DNA of 64,000 bases, taken from contig NC_087437.1 of assembly GCF_036321535.1 (NCBI RefSeq), positions 88,042,001-88,106,000 of the forward strand. The letters are read 5' to 3'. The translations under genes and the position numbers were made by a program. This document shows positions 1 through 13,888 of this stretch, one piece after another. The notes under the pieces are model-generated. The model did not search any database. It was not told where the DNA came from and saw only the letters and a program-made list of their open reading frames with translations. Numbering within the stretch: position 1 is the stretch's first letter; each line of letters begins with the position of its first letter. This DNA comes from Camelus dromedarius (taxonomy: Eukaryota).

Positions 1-120
1 GCCAGAACCCCGGGCTGGAAAGCCCAACATGGGGCCCAGAACTCTCATTCTTGCCGGGGGGGGGGGGGGCTCTGTGACCCAATTATTCCTTAGTTTGTGG
101 GTTGCCCACCCAGGGGATAT

Positions 121-1638
121 TCTACTGCAGCTCACACAGAGGACATAAAAGCTGGTGGCGGACATTCTGGGAGGTTCATCTACATGAGCTTCCCTGGAGG
201 CTGACATCTTGATTGGATCATTAGCACCAAGATCTAGCCCCCCCCCCAACAGCCTGCAGAGAAGCCTCAGGCAAAACAACATACTGGGTAGGAACAAAGC
301 CCCACCCATGAGCAGCTCTCCTGAGCCACAAACACCTCTAGACACAGCCCTAACCACCAGAGGTCCAGGACCAAGCTTCACCCAGCAGTGAGCAAGCACC
401 GGCTCCTCCTGCTAGGAAACCTGCATAAGCCTCTAGTCCAGCCTCATCCACCAGGGGCAGATACCAGAAATAAGAAAACAACAATCCCAAAGCCTGTGGA
501 AGGAATCTACAAACACAGACCAGACTCTACACTGGGACCAGCTGGACCCTGGCCCTTGGGTAATGAAAGGAGTATACTGCTGGGACGCATAGGACGTCTC
601 CCACAGAGGGCCACCTCTCCAAGGTCAAGAAACGTTAACTAACCTACCTAAAAATATAAATAGAAAGACAGACAATATGAGGCAGCAGAGAAGTATCTCC
701 CACACCAAGGCACAATATAAAATCCCAGAAGAAGAAATAAGTGATGAGGAAATAGGTAATTTATCTGAGAAAGAGTTTAAAGTAAAGATGGTGAAGATGT
801 TCAGAGAACTCAAGAGGAGTATAGATGCACAGAGCCAAGTTTTTAGCAAGAGTTGGAAAATATAAAGAATACCCAGAGTTGCAGAATAAAATCACTGAAA
901 TGTATAACACACCAGAAGGAACTAAGAATAGGTTAAATGAGGCAGAAGAACAGATCTATGAGCTAGAAGACAGACCAGTGGAAATCACTACTGCAGAACA
1001 GAAAAAAGAAAAAAGAATGAAAAGAAATGAGGATAATTTAAGAGAACTCTGGGACAATATGAAGTGCACTAATGTTCGCATTATAGGAGTCCCAGAAAGA
1101 GAAAGAGAAGAGAGAGATAAAAAACCTGAGAAAAATTTTGGAGAGATAATAACCAAAAACTTCCCTAACATGGGAAAGGAAACAGTTACCCAACTCCAGG
1201 AAATGCAGAGAGTCCCACACAGGATCAACCCAAAGAGAAACACACCAAGGTACATAATAATCAAACAGACAAAAATTAAGGATAAGGAGAAAATATTAAA
1301 ATCAGCAAGAGAAAAGAAACAAATAACACACAAGAGAACTCTCATAAGGTTATCAGCTGATTTTTCAGCAAAAACTCTACAGGCCACAAGGGAGTGGGAA
1401 AATATATTTAAAGTGATGTAACGGGGAAACTTACAACCAAGAATACTCTATCCAGCAAGGCTCTCATTCAGATTTGATGGAGAAATCAAAAGCTTCACAG
1501 ATAAACAAAAGTTAAAAGAATTCAGCACTACCAAACCAGTTTTACAACAAATGTTAAAGGAACTTCTCTAGTTATCAAATCATAAGAAAACAGAACAAAA
1601 AGAAGGAAGAAAAAAAAAAAAAAGACCTACAAAAGATT
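121..1638 (+). mobile_element. LINE-1 5' part: 5'UTR, degenerate ORF1 (677-1571) and A-rich inter-ORF spacer; ORF2 absent
   Basis: ORFs 677..865 and 825..1421 translate to L1 ORF1p (coiled coil, NVRIIGVPE, RVPHRINPKR, IRLSADFS). There is one frameshift near 840-860 and a premature TAA at 1419-1421, after which the frame continues (NLQPRILYPARLSFRFDGEIKSF...LKELL*, stop 1569-1571). The left boundary is approximate. Confidence 0.92.
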
Positions 1639-1639
1639 G

Positions 1640-2150
1640 CTTTGGCAGTTTGGGGTCTTTTACAGTTCCATATAAATTTTGGAATTGTTTGTTCTAGTTC
1701 TGTGAAGCATGTCTTGAGTATTTTGACAGCGGTTGCATTGGGTAGTATGGCCATTTTGATAATGTTGATTATTCCAATCCAAGAGCACAAGATATCTTTC
1801 CATTTCTTTGCATCATCTTCAATTTTCTTCATCAGTGTTTTACAGTTTTCAGAGTATAGGTAACCTCCTTGGTTAACTTTATTTCTAGGTATTTTGTTGT
1901 TTTTGATGCAATGGAAATGTTTATGCCACTTATAAAATTCTGGGTTTTGAAGTGAAAAAAAAAAAAAGTGAATGAAGGGCCACAGATGGCAAAATACCCT
2001 TCTTATGGTTGTACTCCATTACATATATATGCTTCATCTTCTTTATCCATTCATCTATTGATGTGCACTTACGATGCTTCCATATCTTGGCAATTATAAA
2101 TAATGTTACTGTTAATGGTGGGGTGTATGTATCTTTTTGAATGAATTTTT
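1640..2150 (-). mobile_element. LINE-1 ORF2 3'-region fragments in antisense (approx. 1640-1915 and 1975-2150)
   Basis: Minus ORF 1575..1832 (KKWKDILCSWIGIINIIKMAILP...FTELEQTIPKFIWN.KRPQTAKAI) is typical of L1 ORF2p. 1975-2150 resembles the reverse complement of the ORF2 end. Confidence 0.85.
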
Positions 2151-4311
2151 ATTTTGTGGTTGGCTTTATTCCTTTGATAGCTATGTGAGTTTAAAAAGCT
2201 AAAGCTCTAAATGTTCTTAGAAACAATGTTCTTAGTACATGTGTGTAAATTTTAAAAAATATGTGCAGTATATTGTGTATATGTATTCACATGCAATATA
2301 TTGTATATGTGAAGTTAAACTGTAACAATTTTACCTAATAAAACTGAAAAATGAAAAAAAAAATAAAAGGACATTTAAGGAAAAAAGAAAAGACTATACC
2401 TCTCGGCAAGGTTCCTTAGACAAGTAAATGATGCCTGGCCCCACAGTAGGGCCACATAATGCTAACTCGTTTATGATGACTTTGTTTGTAACAGCTTTCT
2501 CTGGTCTCAAACTTTTAGTTAAGCCCTAGGTCATGGGTCAAGGCATTCACTTCTCTGCCCTTGTATGCTGCCAAACACTGAATGCTCAACAAATGCTCAG
2601 TGAATTGAAAATGAAAAAAAAAAAAAAAAGAGTAGTCTACTGCTTCTTCACTCTAGTTTTGGTGTATCCACAGTGACAAAGGCAATTACCAAGTTTTCCT
2701 TCCTTTAGTTATATCAGTAAAAAATAAACGCCATTTTTTAAAGCTATGCACATACATCCTTCTAGATTTCTGATGTGTACTATGAGTGATAACAGATTAG
2801 TTATCACCCAATCACTTTTCATCTCTGCCAACACAAATATACCAGTAAATAATCCCTCTATCTCTCTGCCTTTAAAATGACTCTAGTCTCAACTGCTTCA
2901 TTCCAAACTTAACAAAAGGAGTGATGAAAATTATGAGGGAAAAGATGCCAGTTCACAACTAGCAAATGAAATGCTGAGTTTCTAAACACGGCCAATATAA
3001 ATAAATGCACATAGGTATGTCTAATTTGACTTTAAATTCAAGTCCTGAAAACAACATATTCTAATGTAATAGTAAAGAAAAACAAAACAGTATTGAGGGA
3101 ATGTAATTGAAACCTCCCAATTACTCAAAAAAGAAATATATCTCTTCTTCAGAGAGAGAAAACAAAAAAATACAAAGCTAGACAGCCTCCATTTCTCTAT
3201 AAATGAAGTTCACCTTTCACAAATGACTAGCAACAATAATGGATGCAAAATTGGAGAAGATTTTGAATAAATGTTGGTCAAAAAAACTGAAGAGTCAAAA
3301 AGTAATAAGAGCGTTACATGTTGTAGAGAAATGATAATACTGATTGGGGACTAGCCACATCAGGAAAAAAAAATGGCCCTTTGTAATTAGCCTTTCTTCC
3401 TTTGATTTCTAGGCTGTTTTCTAAATTAGTTGAAGCCTAAACTTAAGTTATAAATGCAACCAAAAAAACATGATTATAATACAGTGGAGACTGAAGTTAT
3501 GCATCAATGCTATGTTTGAAATATGGTGTAATTCTGCAACATAATGAGAAAGGGTCACTGATGTGTCATTATACGTGTAGCCGTGACTACCCAGCCACTC
3601 TAAATAAGAGAGTGATTAAACCCAGTTTGTTCCATGAAAGAGAAGGCTTTTCGGTCTTCTCTCCCTATGCAACTTGGCATATTAGGTATACACCTTCAGT
3701 GTTTACCACTGCATATACTAAATGCTACTAGCAGAACCAGTTCCCTCCTCCAGTCGACCATGTGAATCCTTGTGGACCTAGTGGCTGCCAGGCAAATTAC
3801 TACTGTCCATCACTGAACCCTACGTGGAATGCTAAAATATATGAACACTTACTTTTTGCTGGGCTTAAAGGAGGCTAGAAAGGCAGCATTAAAGTTTGCT
3901 TTCATTTTATGTAAAATGGGTGAAGCCTATGTTCTTTGCCTGAATGTCCACTTAGTTTCAGGTTTTTTGCTTTGTTCTACCTGGAAAACTTTTAGGAATC
4001 AGTGTTTAACCAATTTAAAACAGGAAAACAATAGGAAAAATAAACAGAACTTAACTCAGATTTGCAAAAGTTTCCTAACTTCTCAGGCCTCAGCATTCTT
4101 ATCTATAAAAGGGAATTAATTTGAGGTCCTTTTAAATGCAAACACATATATACACATGGCAAAATCTTCACTTCTTTAAAAAATACAGCGAACAAGGAGA
4201 GTCAACCTGGTAAAATTATAATCAGTTAATTTACAACAATTCTCTACATGACTATTTATTTCCATAAAATTTTTAAAAACACTCAGGTATGAATAAAAAC
4301 ACTCCAGTTTC

Positions 4312-5957
4312 TTTACAGAACTAGAACAAATCACAACAAAATTTATATGGAACCACAAAAGAACTAGAATTGCCAAAACATTACTGAAGAAAAAGAAAGA
4401 GGCTGGAGGAACAACTCTCCCAGATTTCAGACAATACTATAGAGCTACAGTAATCAAGACAGCATGGTATTGGTACAAAAACAGACATATAGACCAATGG
4501 AACAGAACAGAGAGCCCAGACATGAACCCACAAACTTTTGGTCAACTCATCTTTGACAAAGGAGGCAAGAATATACATTGGAATAAAGACACTCTCTTCA
4601 GCAAATGGTGTTGGGAAAACTGGACAGCAGCATGTAAAGCAATGAAGCTAGAACACTCCCTTACACCATACACAAAAATCAACTCAAAATGGATCAAAGA
4701 CTTAAAGATAAGACAAGATATAATAAACCTCCTAGAGGAAAACATAGGCAAAACATTATCTGACATACATCTCAAAAATGTTCTCCTAGGGCAGTCTCCC
4801 AAGCAATAGAAATAAAAGCAAGAATAAACAAATGGGACCTAATGAAACTTAGAAGCTTCTGCACAGCAAAGGAAACCATAAGTAAAACAAAACAACAACC
4901 TACAGAATGGGAGAAAATTTTTGCAAAGGCTGAAACCAACAAAGGCTTGATCTCCAGAATATACAAGCAGCTCATATGACTTAATAAGGAAAAAACAAAC
5001 AACCCAATCCAAAAATGGGCAGAAGACCTAAACAAGCAATTTCCAAGGAAGAAATACAAATGCTCAATAGGCACATGAAAAAATGCTCAATATCACTAAT
5101 TATCAAAGAAATGCATATCAAAACTACAACGAGGTATCACCTCACACCAGTCAGAATGACCATCATTCAAAAGTCCACAAATGACAAATGCTGGAGAGGC
5201 TGTGGAGAAAAGGGAACCCTCCTACATTGCTGGTGGGAATGCAGTTTGGTGCAGCCACTGTGGAATACAGTATGGAGATTCCTCAAAAAAGACTAGGAAA
5301 GACTTACCATATGACCCAGTAATCCTGCTCCTGGGCATATATCCAGAAGGAACTCTACTTCAAAAAGACACCTGCACCCCAATGTTCATAGCAGCACTAT
5401 TCACAATAGCAAAGACATGGAAACAGACTAAACGTCCAACAACAGATAACTGGATAAAGAAGATGTGGTATATTCATACAATGGAATATTATTCAGCCAT
5501 AAAAAACAACAATGCCATTTGCAGCAACATAGATGTCCCTGGAGAATGTCATTCTAAGTGAAGTAAGCCAGAAAGAGAAAGAAAAATATCATATGAGATC
5601 GCTCATATGTGGAATCTAAAAAAAAAAAAAAAGAACATAAATACAAAACAGAAACAGACTCATAGACAAAGAATACAAACTTGTGGTTGCCAAGGGGGGG
5701 GGGGGGCGGGGAGGGACAGACTGGGAGTTCAAAATGTATAGATACTGACAGACATATGCAGAATAGATAAACAAGATTATACTGTATAGCACAGGGAAAT
5801 ATATACAAGATCTTGTGGCAGCTCATAGCAAAAAAGAATGCGACAATGAATATATGTATGTTCATGTATAACTGAAAAATTGTGCTCTTCACTGGAATTT
5901 GACACAACATTGTAAAATGACTATAACTCAATAAAAAAAAGTTTAAAAAAAAAAAAC
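4312..5957 (+). mobile_element. Young 5'-truncated LINE-1 (ORF2 C-terminus, 3'UTR, poly-A) with 14-bp TSD
   Basis: ORF2p motifs ([42 protein letters not shown]), a G-rich 3'UTR tract at ~5694-5715 and an A-tail. Perfect TSD aacactccagtttc at 4298-4311 and 5958-5971. Confidence 0.95.
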
Positions 5958-6339
5958 AACACTCCAGTTTCCTTCTCTGTAAATAACATCTTGGGAAACC
6001 TGCAGTTTTTAGAATCTCCAGCCTACAGACGGCAGGTCTTCACATACGTACTGATTTACAAGGTGGTCACAGGTCTTTATGAAGGTGGACACACAGACCA
6101 CACTACCAGAGACTATAGTAATTTTTATATTTAACATGTAACATATATTTTACATGCATATATTACATATATATACTTGCATAAGACAGAATGTTATAGG
6201 TATTACGTCTTTAGCTCATCTATAAATTTTTAGTGTAAGTGAATAAAAATTTAAAATATTTGATACATATCATAAATAAGAATTCTACAAACAGATATGA
6301 GTTATAATGAAATCCATTAATATCCTGACATCCTATCCA

Positions 6340-6660
6340 TACACCTTGAACATTCAGTTTGCCATCCCTGGGAGGCTCTTTTGCTCCTTCATCTAATTTA
6401 GTCCCATCACTCTTTCAGAGCTCAGCTGAAGAAGTATTGGTTCACTAAGCAAACTTTCCCTGACCTTCCAGACCATGTCCAGTCCCCCATTATTGTACCC
6501 TGCAATCCTTCCATAATTACAATACAGAATAGTGGAGCTACTTGTGTAATACCTTTTAGCCCTGTAAGGCCTTTGCAAACAAGGACTTATCTATCTTATT
6601 TACTGTTTTATCCCTAGAACCAAGCACAGAGATTTACAGAATGAATGAATGAATGAATGA
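6340..6660 (+). mobile_element. L2 3' end terminating in (GAAT)n
   Basis: L2-like 3' motifs (cttatttactg...tatccctagaaccaagcacag) followed by gaatgaatgaatgaatgaatga. Confidence 0.65.
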
Positions 6661-7254
6661 TTAAGGAACAATTGTTAGAATAATTTTCTGGCTTAAATAT
6701 TTAAATAAAACAGAACAGTTACAGACTTTCTGCTCTTCTAATGATACCACCAAGTTGCTATTTCCCCATTTTTCTTCTGGTATTAAAAGTACAAGTAATT
6801 TTTCTGTGAAAGTAAATTCAAATAATGCAGAAAGTTTTCCTTATACCAAACATTACTATTTAACAAACCACTAAGATGGTTTACTTTCTTATGCCTGGCA
6901 CTGTCCATCTTAGACAAGATCTGCTTCTGCTTAACACATTATTCTTTCCATGAGTAGCGGTTAAAAAGCTAGCAAACAATGAAATATTAAGTCAGTAAGT
7001 GACTTAAAAAACTTTTTAGAAAGTACTTTTGAAAGCCTTAAAAGCATTTTCATATTACAACACTAAAGTTAACAAAGACTACATAGATGAAAGGGGAGAA
7101 ATTGTCCAAATAGGCACTAAATCAAGAATAGTACTTCTTGCTTACAAATGATGTATTTCTTTCAATACTCATTTTATTTTCCTCAGAAATCAGCAGGGAA
7201 TCATTGAGACAGTTTTGGTAACTTTCAAAGTATCACATAAAAAATTCTTTGTCA

Positions 7255-7810
7255 TAGACATCTATTATTTTTGTCTACTTAACCAGCTCTCTTTCACACT
7301 ACCTCATTTACTTCTTGAGGAAACTGCTTATTCCTCCAATGTTTCTATGGTCCTCCTGGAGCTGCCAATGTAGCATCCTCGTTTCCCCTAGCTGTGGGGT
7401 GGGCTTGCCATCAGACAGCTGAAAAATCTCACCATACTCCTCTCAACACAGTGATTAGTACAAGCAGTGGGCACATAACCCTCAGCCAGGCCCGAATTCC
7501 CAAAGTATTTGGGGGTTAGAGGTGGGGGAAGGGGGTTTCTTCTCCCTTGGTTAATAAACTAAACTTAATCCCAAAATTGTCAGCAGATCTAAGAGTTACA
7601 ATGAAGCCAAAAGAGGAATGTTGGAAAGGAAGACAACAGTTCTAGATGGTATTTTATCCTCTGGATTCAGAAAATCCTCAAACTAGTTCTAGTCCTTGCT
7701 TGCTTATTAGATGACTTATTCATCTAATAAATCCCTCAATGCCCTTTATTTTTGTTGTTATTGTTAAAACTAGCTTGGGTAAGATTTGTCAGTTATAATC
7801 AAGAAGTCTT
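7255..7810 (+). mobile_element. Old MaLR (MLT1-type) LTR remnant
   Basis: Degenerate MLT1-like layout ending aataaatccct...agcttgggt...tttgtcagttataatcaagaagtc. Boundaries approximate. Confidence 0.45.
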
Positions 7811-7929
7811 CATATTTCCCATATTCATTTAGGCACCATGAAATAATTTTTAAAATAATGGTTGTTTTTTTAAACTACTGTACTCTCACAAATCTAAATA
7901 ATGGTACATTCTAAACTATTCTTCTCTCC

Positions 7930-10090
7930 CACAATTTTTTTCAGCTTTACTGGGGTACAATTGACAAACAGAAATTGTACATATTTAAAGTATACAACTT
8001 GGTATTTTGGTATAGTGAAATGATCACAATTAGGCTGGAGAACACAACCACCACTTCACATAGCTCCTTCCCTACAACTTTGAGTATATACAAGTAAATT
8101 TTTAAAGAAACACAATGTACATGCACGCTTTAAAATTTTTATGCATATATATAAATAAAAAAATACAGTTCATATGTATGAAATTTACACATAGTCAAGA
8201 TTTAAAAATTCTAAGTGTACAGAAAGGCTTGAACCCTCTCTCTCACTAGTCCAGTGCCCCAGTATTAACAACTTTCAATATTTTTAATAGCTGTTGATAA
8301 TAAACTTTGCCAGTATTTCTTGACTTACCAATTTTAAATATTATCTTTTAACTTTCTGCTGTGATAGAAGAGAATTTAACTCCTTGCACAACCAATTTCA
8401 TCTTTCCAAAAGTTACTCTGTATTATTTCCTCTATTATTTATCCTTGTAACTTTACTTACACCTTTATTTATGGTTTCATGTACTACTGACATTCCATTT
8501 TGTAAAATAAGAATTAAAGAATTCAGTGCCTTTGTCCTTTACTTTCAACTCACAACTTCCATCAGTCTTATATTGAAAGGTCAATAATTTCTTCTGTTCT
8601 GTAATTATTTTCTGTACTTTAAAAGTTTAGTCAAAAAGCATCATCTGCATGAAGAAAACTAAATAAATAACACTCAGTGTATATCTAAGTAGTATGCTAA
8701 TGACTCTGTGTCCTATCCTGTTCAGATTATTTTTAATTTTCCTGGAGTATTTAACTGCTTTTCTATTCCCTTTGCCTTGTCTACTTTTATCACTACTTTA
8801 AATGGTTACAAATTCTCAAGGTTAGTTTCAAATCTCCATTTTTACTGGGTATTTCCCTCTTGGAGGTGAACGTCTGTAAGGCCTACCACTTGGCAGTTGA
8901 TCCTGGGACTTCTCTTCCCCCTATCTTAAGTAAAAGCTACTGTTTCCTAGATCAAAGGTTATCTGGGTCTTCTTTTTTTTTTTTTAATCTGGGTCGTCTT
9001 CTTTTTTTTTTAATCTGTTACACCTCATTTTTCTGGAGCACATTCTCTAACAGCTTCCAAAAAAGAATATGTGTATAACTCAATCTTCTAGGTCCTTACA
9101 TGCCTGAAGTATTGTTTCCACTCTCACACCTCACTGCTAGTTTGGATGAGCATAAAATTTCTAAACTGAAAATAATTTCTCTCCAAATCTTTAGAGACAC
9201 TGATTCATTATATTCCACCACCCACTGTTGGTTGTATGAAGACTGATATCAACCTGATGTCTGTTCCTCGTTTTTTCTCTCTGGAAGGTGTTCCAGTCTG
9301 TTTTTCATTCCTGATTATTTTCAAATTGGGGAATAATGTATTTAGCTAAGTATCTTTTATATTCATTGTGCTGAGCACTTCTGGGGCTCTTTCAGTTTTG
9401 AAGTTTATGACTTTTAGTTCTGGGAAATTCTTTTATTATGTCTTCAAAATTTTCCTCCAATATATATTCTCTAAATTCTTTTCCTGGGACTCCAACTAAT
9501 TAAATAATGAATCTTCTATATGAAGCCACTGTATCAGTTTATTTTTTTTCTGACATTCCATCTCTTTGATTCTGTTTTACATTCTGGACTATTTCCTCAA
9601 CTTTACCTTCCAACTTCCCTACAGAATTTTAAATTTTAACCATATTATTTTCTTAATTTTCCACAAACTCATTTTTGGTATTTCATTATTTCTTTCACAT
9701 GGCATGATATATTTATGTTTTAATGTCATACATATCTTCTCAACTCTCTCTGAAAATGATAATGATAGATTTTATATTTATCTTCTAACTTTTTGGTTTT
9801 CGACATTAACACTAGTTCTTCCAGAATTTTTTTTAGTTTGTTTTCATTGTATTTTTTTTCATGTTGAAGTCATTCCTCAAATGTCTGATGATTCTTGAAT
9901 GCTCATTAATATTTAAGAATAAAGCCATAAGCAGATTAATTGGGAGCCCTATGAGCAAGCATGTCTAGAGTCTGATGATTGGTAAGTTTTGCTTTAGGAT
10001 AATTAAGTGATTAGCTAGCTGTCTCAAAGAAGAACTCTTAATTGCCAGAATACAAAGGTCACTGCTCCAGTCACTTAATTTCTTTAGAGG
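7930..10090 (-). mobile_element. Old L1 fragments (T-rich, antisense to plus strand)
   Basis: L1 3'-end-like segment at ~7930-8070 and a long T-rich decayed L1M-like region at ~8800-10090. Confidence 0.55.
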
Positions 10091-11144
10091 AAAAAAAAAG
10101 TAGTAATGCAGTTTCCCCAACTTACCCTGGCCCTAAGGTCTAGTGAATGGCCTGAATGGAAAAACTGCAATTAACTCCTTTATCTGTATTCTCCCAAAGT
10201 ATCTCATTCTCTACTCTCTATTTCATACCTTGCACATTCAAACTCTACACTTCCTTAGGATTCCAAGGGGAGGGAGGCAGGACAGACAATCTTCCTCCTT
10301 TCTTACAAGGCGGAAGATAATTTTGTTTTAAATGCTACCCACGGTTTTAAAAAAATGTTTTATAAATAATAAAGTATACACATACATAAATATGAATATA
10401 TAAAACAAGAGTTTCACAAAATAATACTTATATGAGGCATACTCTGATATTTTCTATTGTATTTTGTAATGTTATTAAATGAATTCACAACCCACTATTG
10501 TGATGTGAGTGTAATTTGAGGCGCACACACACACACACAAAATTAAGTTGTGACTTGCTCTGTCATTTTTCAAAGACCACTCCTCTATCTGTTTTCCTTC
10601 CACAAAAAATTGTTGAGATCTTTTTATTCACTGATGACTCTTCTCTTGCCTTTTCACTCTATTTCCCTCTTTTACTTCTTTACTCTTTTAGTAGGATCTA
10701 CGAGGGCAAAAAGGACAAACACAAGTGCTCAGTTGGTGATCTTTAACTCAAAGTCTTTCACAAATATTTTTAAAAACCAAAGTTTCCTCTTTCTGACCTG
10801 ATTTAAGGTCCCTCTGCTAACTATGATGGCCTCAATTGCTGTATTCTGGGACTTACATTAAAGTTTGCCAAAGCAATCTGGGGAATTAAAAAGGAAAGTG
10901 CTAGCAGTGACCCTAAGAGTCTATGTAACAATTTCATTTAACTCTAAAACTAAAAGTAAAATTGTGGTTAAATGTTCAAAATCAAGCCTAAACACTTAAA
11001 TGAAGAAATGGAAATTTATTTTTCAGAAAAGACTTTAGGAAAGGTTCCTTCTACAAAGAAAATAATCAAAAACCAATTCAACAAGAAATATACTTGTATA
11101 AATACATCAAGAAAATACTTTCATAAGAAGTAAAGAGTACTTAC

Positions 11145-11290
11145 AAGGCAAGGCTACTCAAAACATACTGTACGTGCTCACATTCATCTGGGAATGATGC
11201 ACTTGCTGATGTAAAACAGCAAAGTGCAGTCTGAAGAACCTGAAGCTGTGGCAAAGGGACCTGCCATCTTCCAGCATAATCTTCAACCAC
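11145..11290 (-). CDS. ZNF654: ZNF654 coding exon 2 (146 nt)
   Basis: Reverse strand reads VVEDYAGRWQVPLPQLQVLQTALCCFTSASASFPDECEHVQYVLSSLA+TT. AG acceptor at 11292-11291, GTAAGT donor at 11144-11139. In frame (phase 0) with exon 1 and matches the recalled ZNF654 N-terminus. Not shown in this frame by the ORF track. Confidence 0.93.
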
Positions 11291-11779
11291 CTGATAGAGA
11301 AGCAATCCAAAAAGTACATCATTAGAGAAAATGTTCTCAACATCTCGAGTTTAAAAATTTGGGTAAAACTTTTTAAAACATTAGTTCAGCATGAATAGAA
11401 ATGATTTAGGAGGGAGAAAAAGTTCTTCATTGCTTAGTTTCATGGAGTGCATCTGAAAATAAAATGAACTATTATCTTTGAAAATGTGAAAATATAGTAT
11501 ATGAATGACCATACTTTTCAACTGTCAAATCTTTACAAATATTGTAAAAAATACCTTCACATCCCATATCTAATTTTTGTCAAAATACCAATTACTAAAT
11601 ATTAAAATAGCTAGACAGCAGAATATACTAATAAAGAAAATTAGAAATGAGCATGCATTATCATCATTATTATGTGCAAGACTGAACTCTAAACATTATA
11701 GCAACAAATGAGTATTAAAGATATGTTGGTGTGATGTTCTCATTATAAAAGTTTAAACTATACCATATTATGGAATAAA

Positions 11780-11975
11780 TAATCCAGAATATAATGTCTG
11801 GACTCTGTCACTTAACTCATTTTATGAATTTGGGTAGGTCATTTTCCTTCTCTATGCATTAGTTTCCCCACCATAAAATGGAGATAATAATGCCTACCTT
11901 GCAGAGTTACTCTGAAGCTAAACTGGGATGATTTATGAGAAAACATTTTAGAAATATCAAGTCCTATAAAATGTT
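11780..11975 (+). mobile_element. MIR SINE
   Basis: MIR core-like agtttccccaccataaaatggagataataatgcctaccttgcagagtt. Confidence 0.7.
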
Positions 11976-12048
11976 AATTATGATCTCTTGTATGCAAAAC
12001 TACTATATTAAAACATTGTATTACATTTTATAAATTCATCTTATAAAA

Positions 12049-12361
12049 TAGGTTGGAAACTATGGCCTGGAGGCCATATTTGGCCTGCCACCCATTTCTG
12101 TATGACCTACAAGCTAAGAATGGATGTTACATTTTCAAATGGTTAAAAATAACATTTTGTGATGTATGAAAATCATATGAAATTCAAATTTCAATGTTCA
12201 CAGAGTCTTACTGGAACATAGCCAGGATCACCCATTTAGGTATTATCTATGGCTGCTTTCCTGCAACAACAGGTTGAGCAGTTATAACAGAAATCATAAG
12301 GCTCACAAAGCCTAAAATATTTAATATCTGCCCCCTTACAGAAGAAGTTTGCCAACTCCTG
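12049..12361. mobile_element. hAT-Charlie MITE (MER58B-like)
   Basis: Termini aggttggaaac... and ...gtttgccaactcctg, with MER58-like interior (ggcctgccacc...aagctaagaatgg; aagcctaaaatattta). Confidence 0.75.
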
Positions 12362-12443
12362 ATCTAAAAGCTGGCAAAACTAGAGCAGAGTTAAAAAGCC
12401 AAGAACATTCAGAGCTCAAGAACTTTTCATATTATTTGCTTCC

Positions 12444-12937
12444 TGTTGGAGACAATTTTCCATGAGTCTCTTGTATTTCCGTTTTTTTTTTTTAAAGAGG
12501 CCCTGACTGCCTTCACCCTTTCAAAGGTGTTTACAGGAAACAGCCTTGAAAAACAGAGATGATGTCTCTCTCCAAAGCAGTGAGCCTGTTTACTGTCTGT
12601 CCAGTATACTCATGATGATGTCTCACTCTGGAGCAAAGACCAGGCAGATACGCTTGCAGACCATTATAAAAGATTAGGACTCCCTAACCTTGGGGTTCCT
12701 TAGCTGTGACACAAATTTACTAGGAGTTCAGGATGCACCTGGGCCATTCACATCACCTTTGTGAGACTTGAAAGGCAAAGGGAATCATCATGAACTTGAA
12801 GCTCATGCTGCTTGCTATGCCGTGAGTAACAAAGTCTATCATCTCTGACCCAGGAGTTTTACGTCTTCAGCCAGCATCTGGGAAAATGTGGTAATCTACC
12901 TCAGATAGAACTCCAAGCCTTTCATGGTTCTCTGACA
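12444..12937 (+). mobile_element. Solo ERVL-class LTR (MER76-like)
   Basis: TG...CA termini (tgttggagacaatt...tctctgaca), internal tataaaa, near-TSD cttcc/attcc (5 bp, 1 mismatch). Confidence 0.75.
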
Positions 12938-13577
12938 ATTCCAAATTGCAGTATCAGGTGGCCAGCATGTCTCCAATGTTTCTAGGAACACGTACGTATG
13001 ACTAAAAAAGAAAGCTAGAGGGTGATATCTCTGTGAACTTGTATCCCTTCCATATCTAGCAGTCCTCACTACCTGGGAAGTAAAAATGACTGCTGTGAAA
13101 ATGCCAAGTAGGACAAACTTTAACAACCACCACAAGCAAAAAAGAAGAATGTTAGATAACATTGGAAAATGTTAAAGCCAGTGGTTCCCTGGCTATAAAT
13201 GCTCTCTTCACTGAAGTGTTTGACTACCTCTATGCCTCTTTTTGGCCCCTACAACACAATTTTGGTACTACATAAAAAACAGGTACCTGACAGTCTCACA
13301 TTTCTTCCTATGTTCAGTCCCAAATAGTTTGCCCTAATACATTTCCACTTACTTCCTGCTTATAGGCTGGGTTTATATCCTTAGAAGGATATCCTTATAT
13401 CCTTCCTTCTGTTCTCATTATAGCTTCCCTCATTCACCAAGATTCAGCTGTTAATACCCTGCCTGATTCAGTTCAGCCCAAACTTAACATAATAAAAGTA
13501 TTTGTAGGCAATGCCTCCAACAGGTTTGCCACAAATCCCTTGAAAAGACATAAACAAGACTGGCTGAAATATACATA

Positions 13578-13888
13578 GAGTTGTCCCTCATTATCTGTGG
13601 AGGATTGATTCCAGGATCTTGCCATACCAAAATCTGCAAATGCTCTAGTCCTTTAAAAAAACAGTGTATTTGCATATAACCTACAGACATCCTCCCATAT
13701 ACTTTAAATCATCTCTAGATTACTTATAATACCTAATACAATGCAAATACAATGTAAATAGTTGCTATTGCACAGCAAATTCAAGTGTTGTGTTTTGGAA
13801 CTTTCTGGAATTTTTTTTCCAAATTATTTTTGATCCATAGTTGGTTGAATCTAAAGGTATGAAACCGACAGACAGGGAGGGTTGACTG
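13578..13888. mobile_element. TcMar-Tigger MITE (MER2-like)
   Basis: TA-flanked, degenerate TIRs (gagttgtccctc / gagggttgactg), MER2-like core tactttaaatcatctctagattacttataatacctaatacaatg. Confidence 0.85.
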
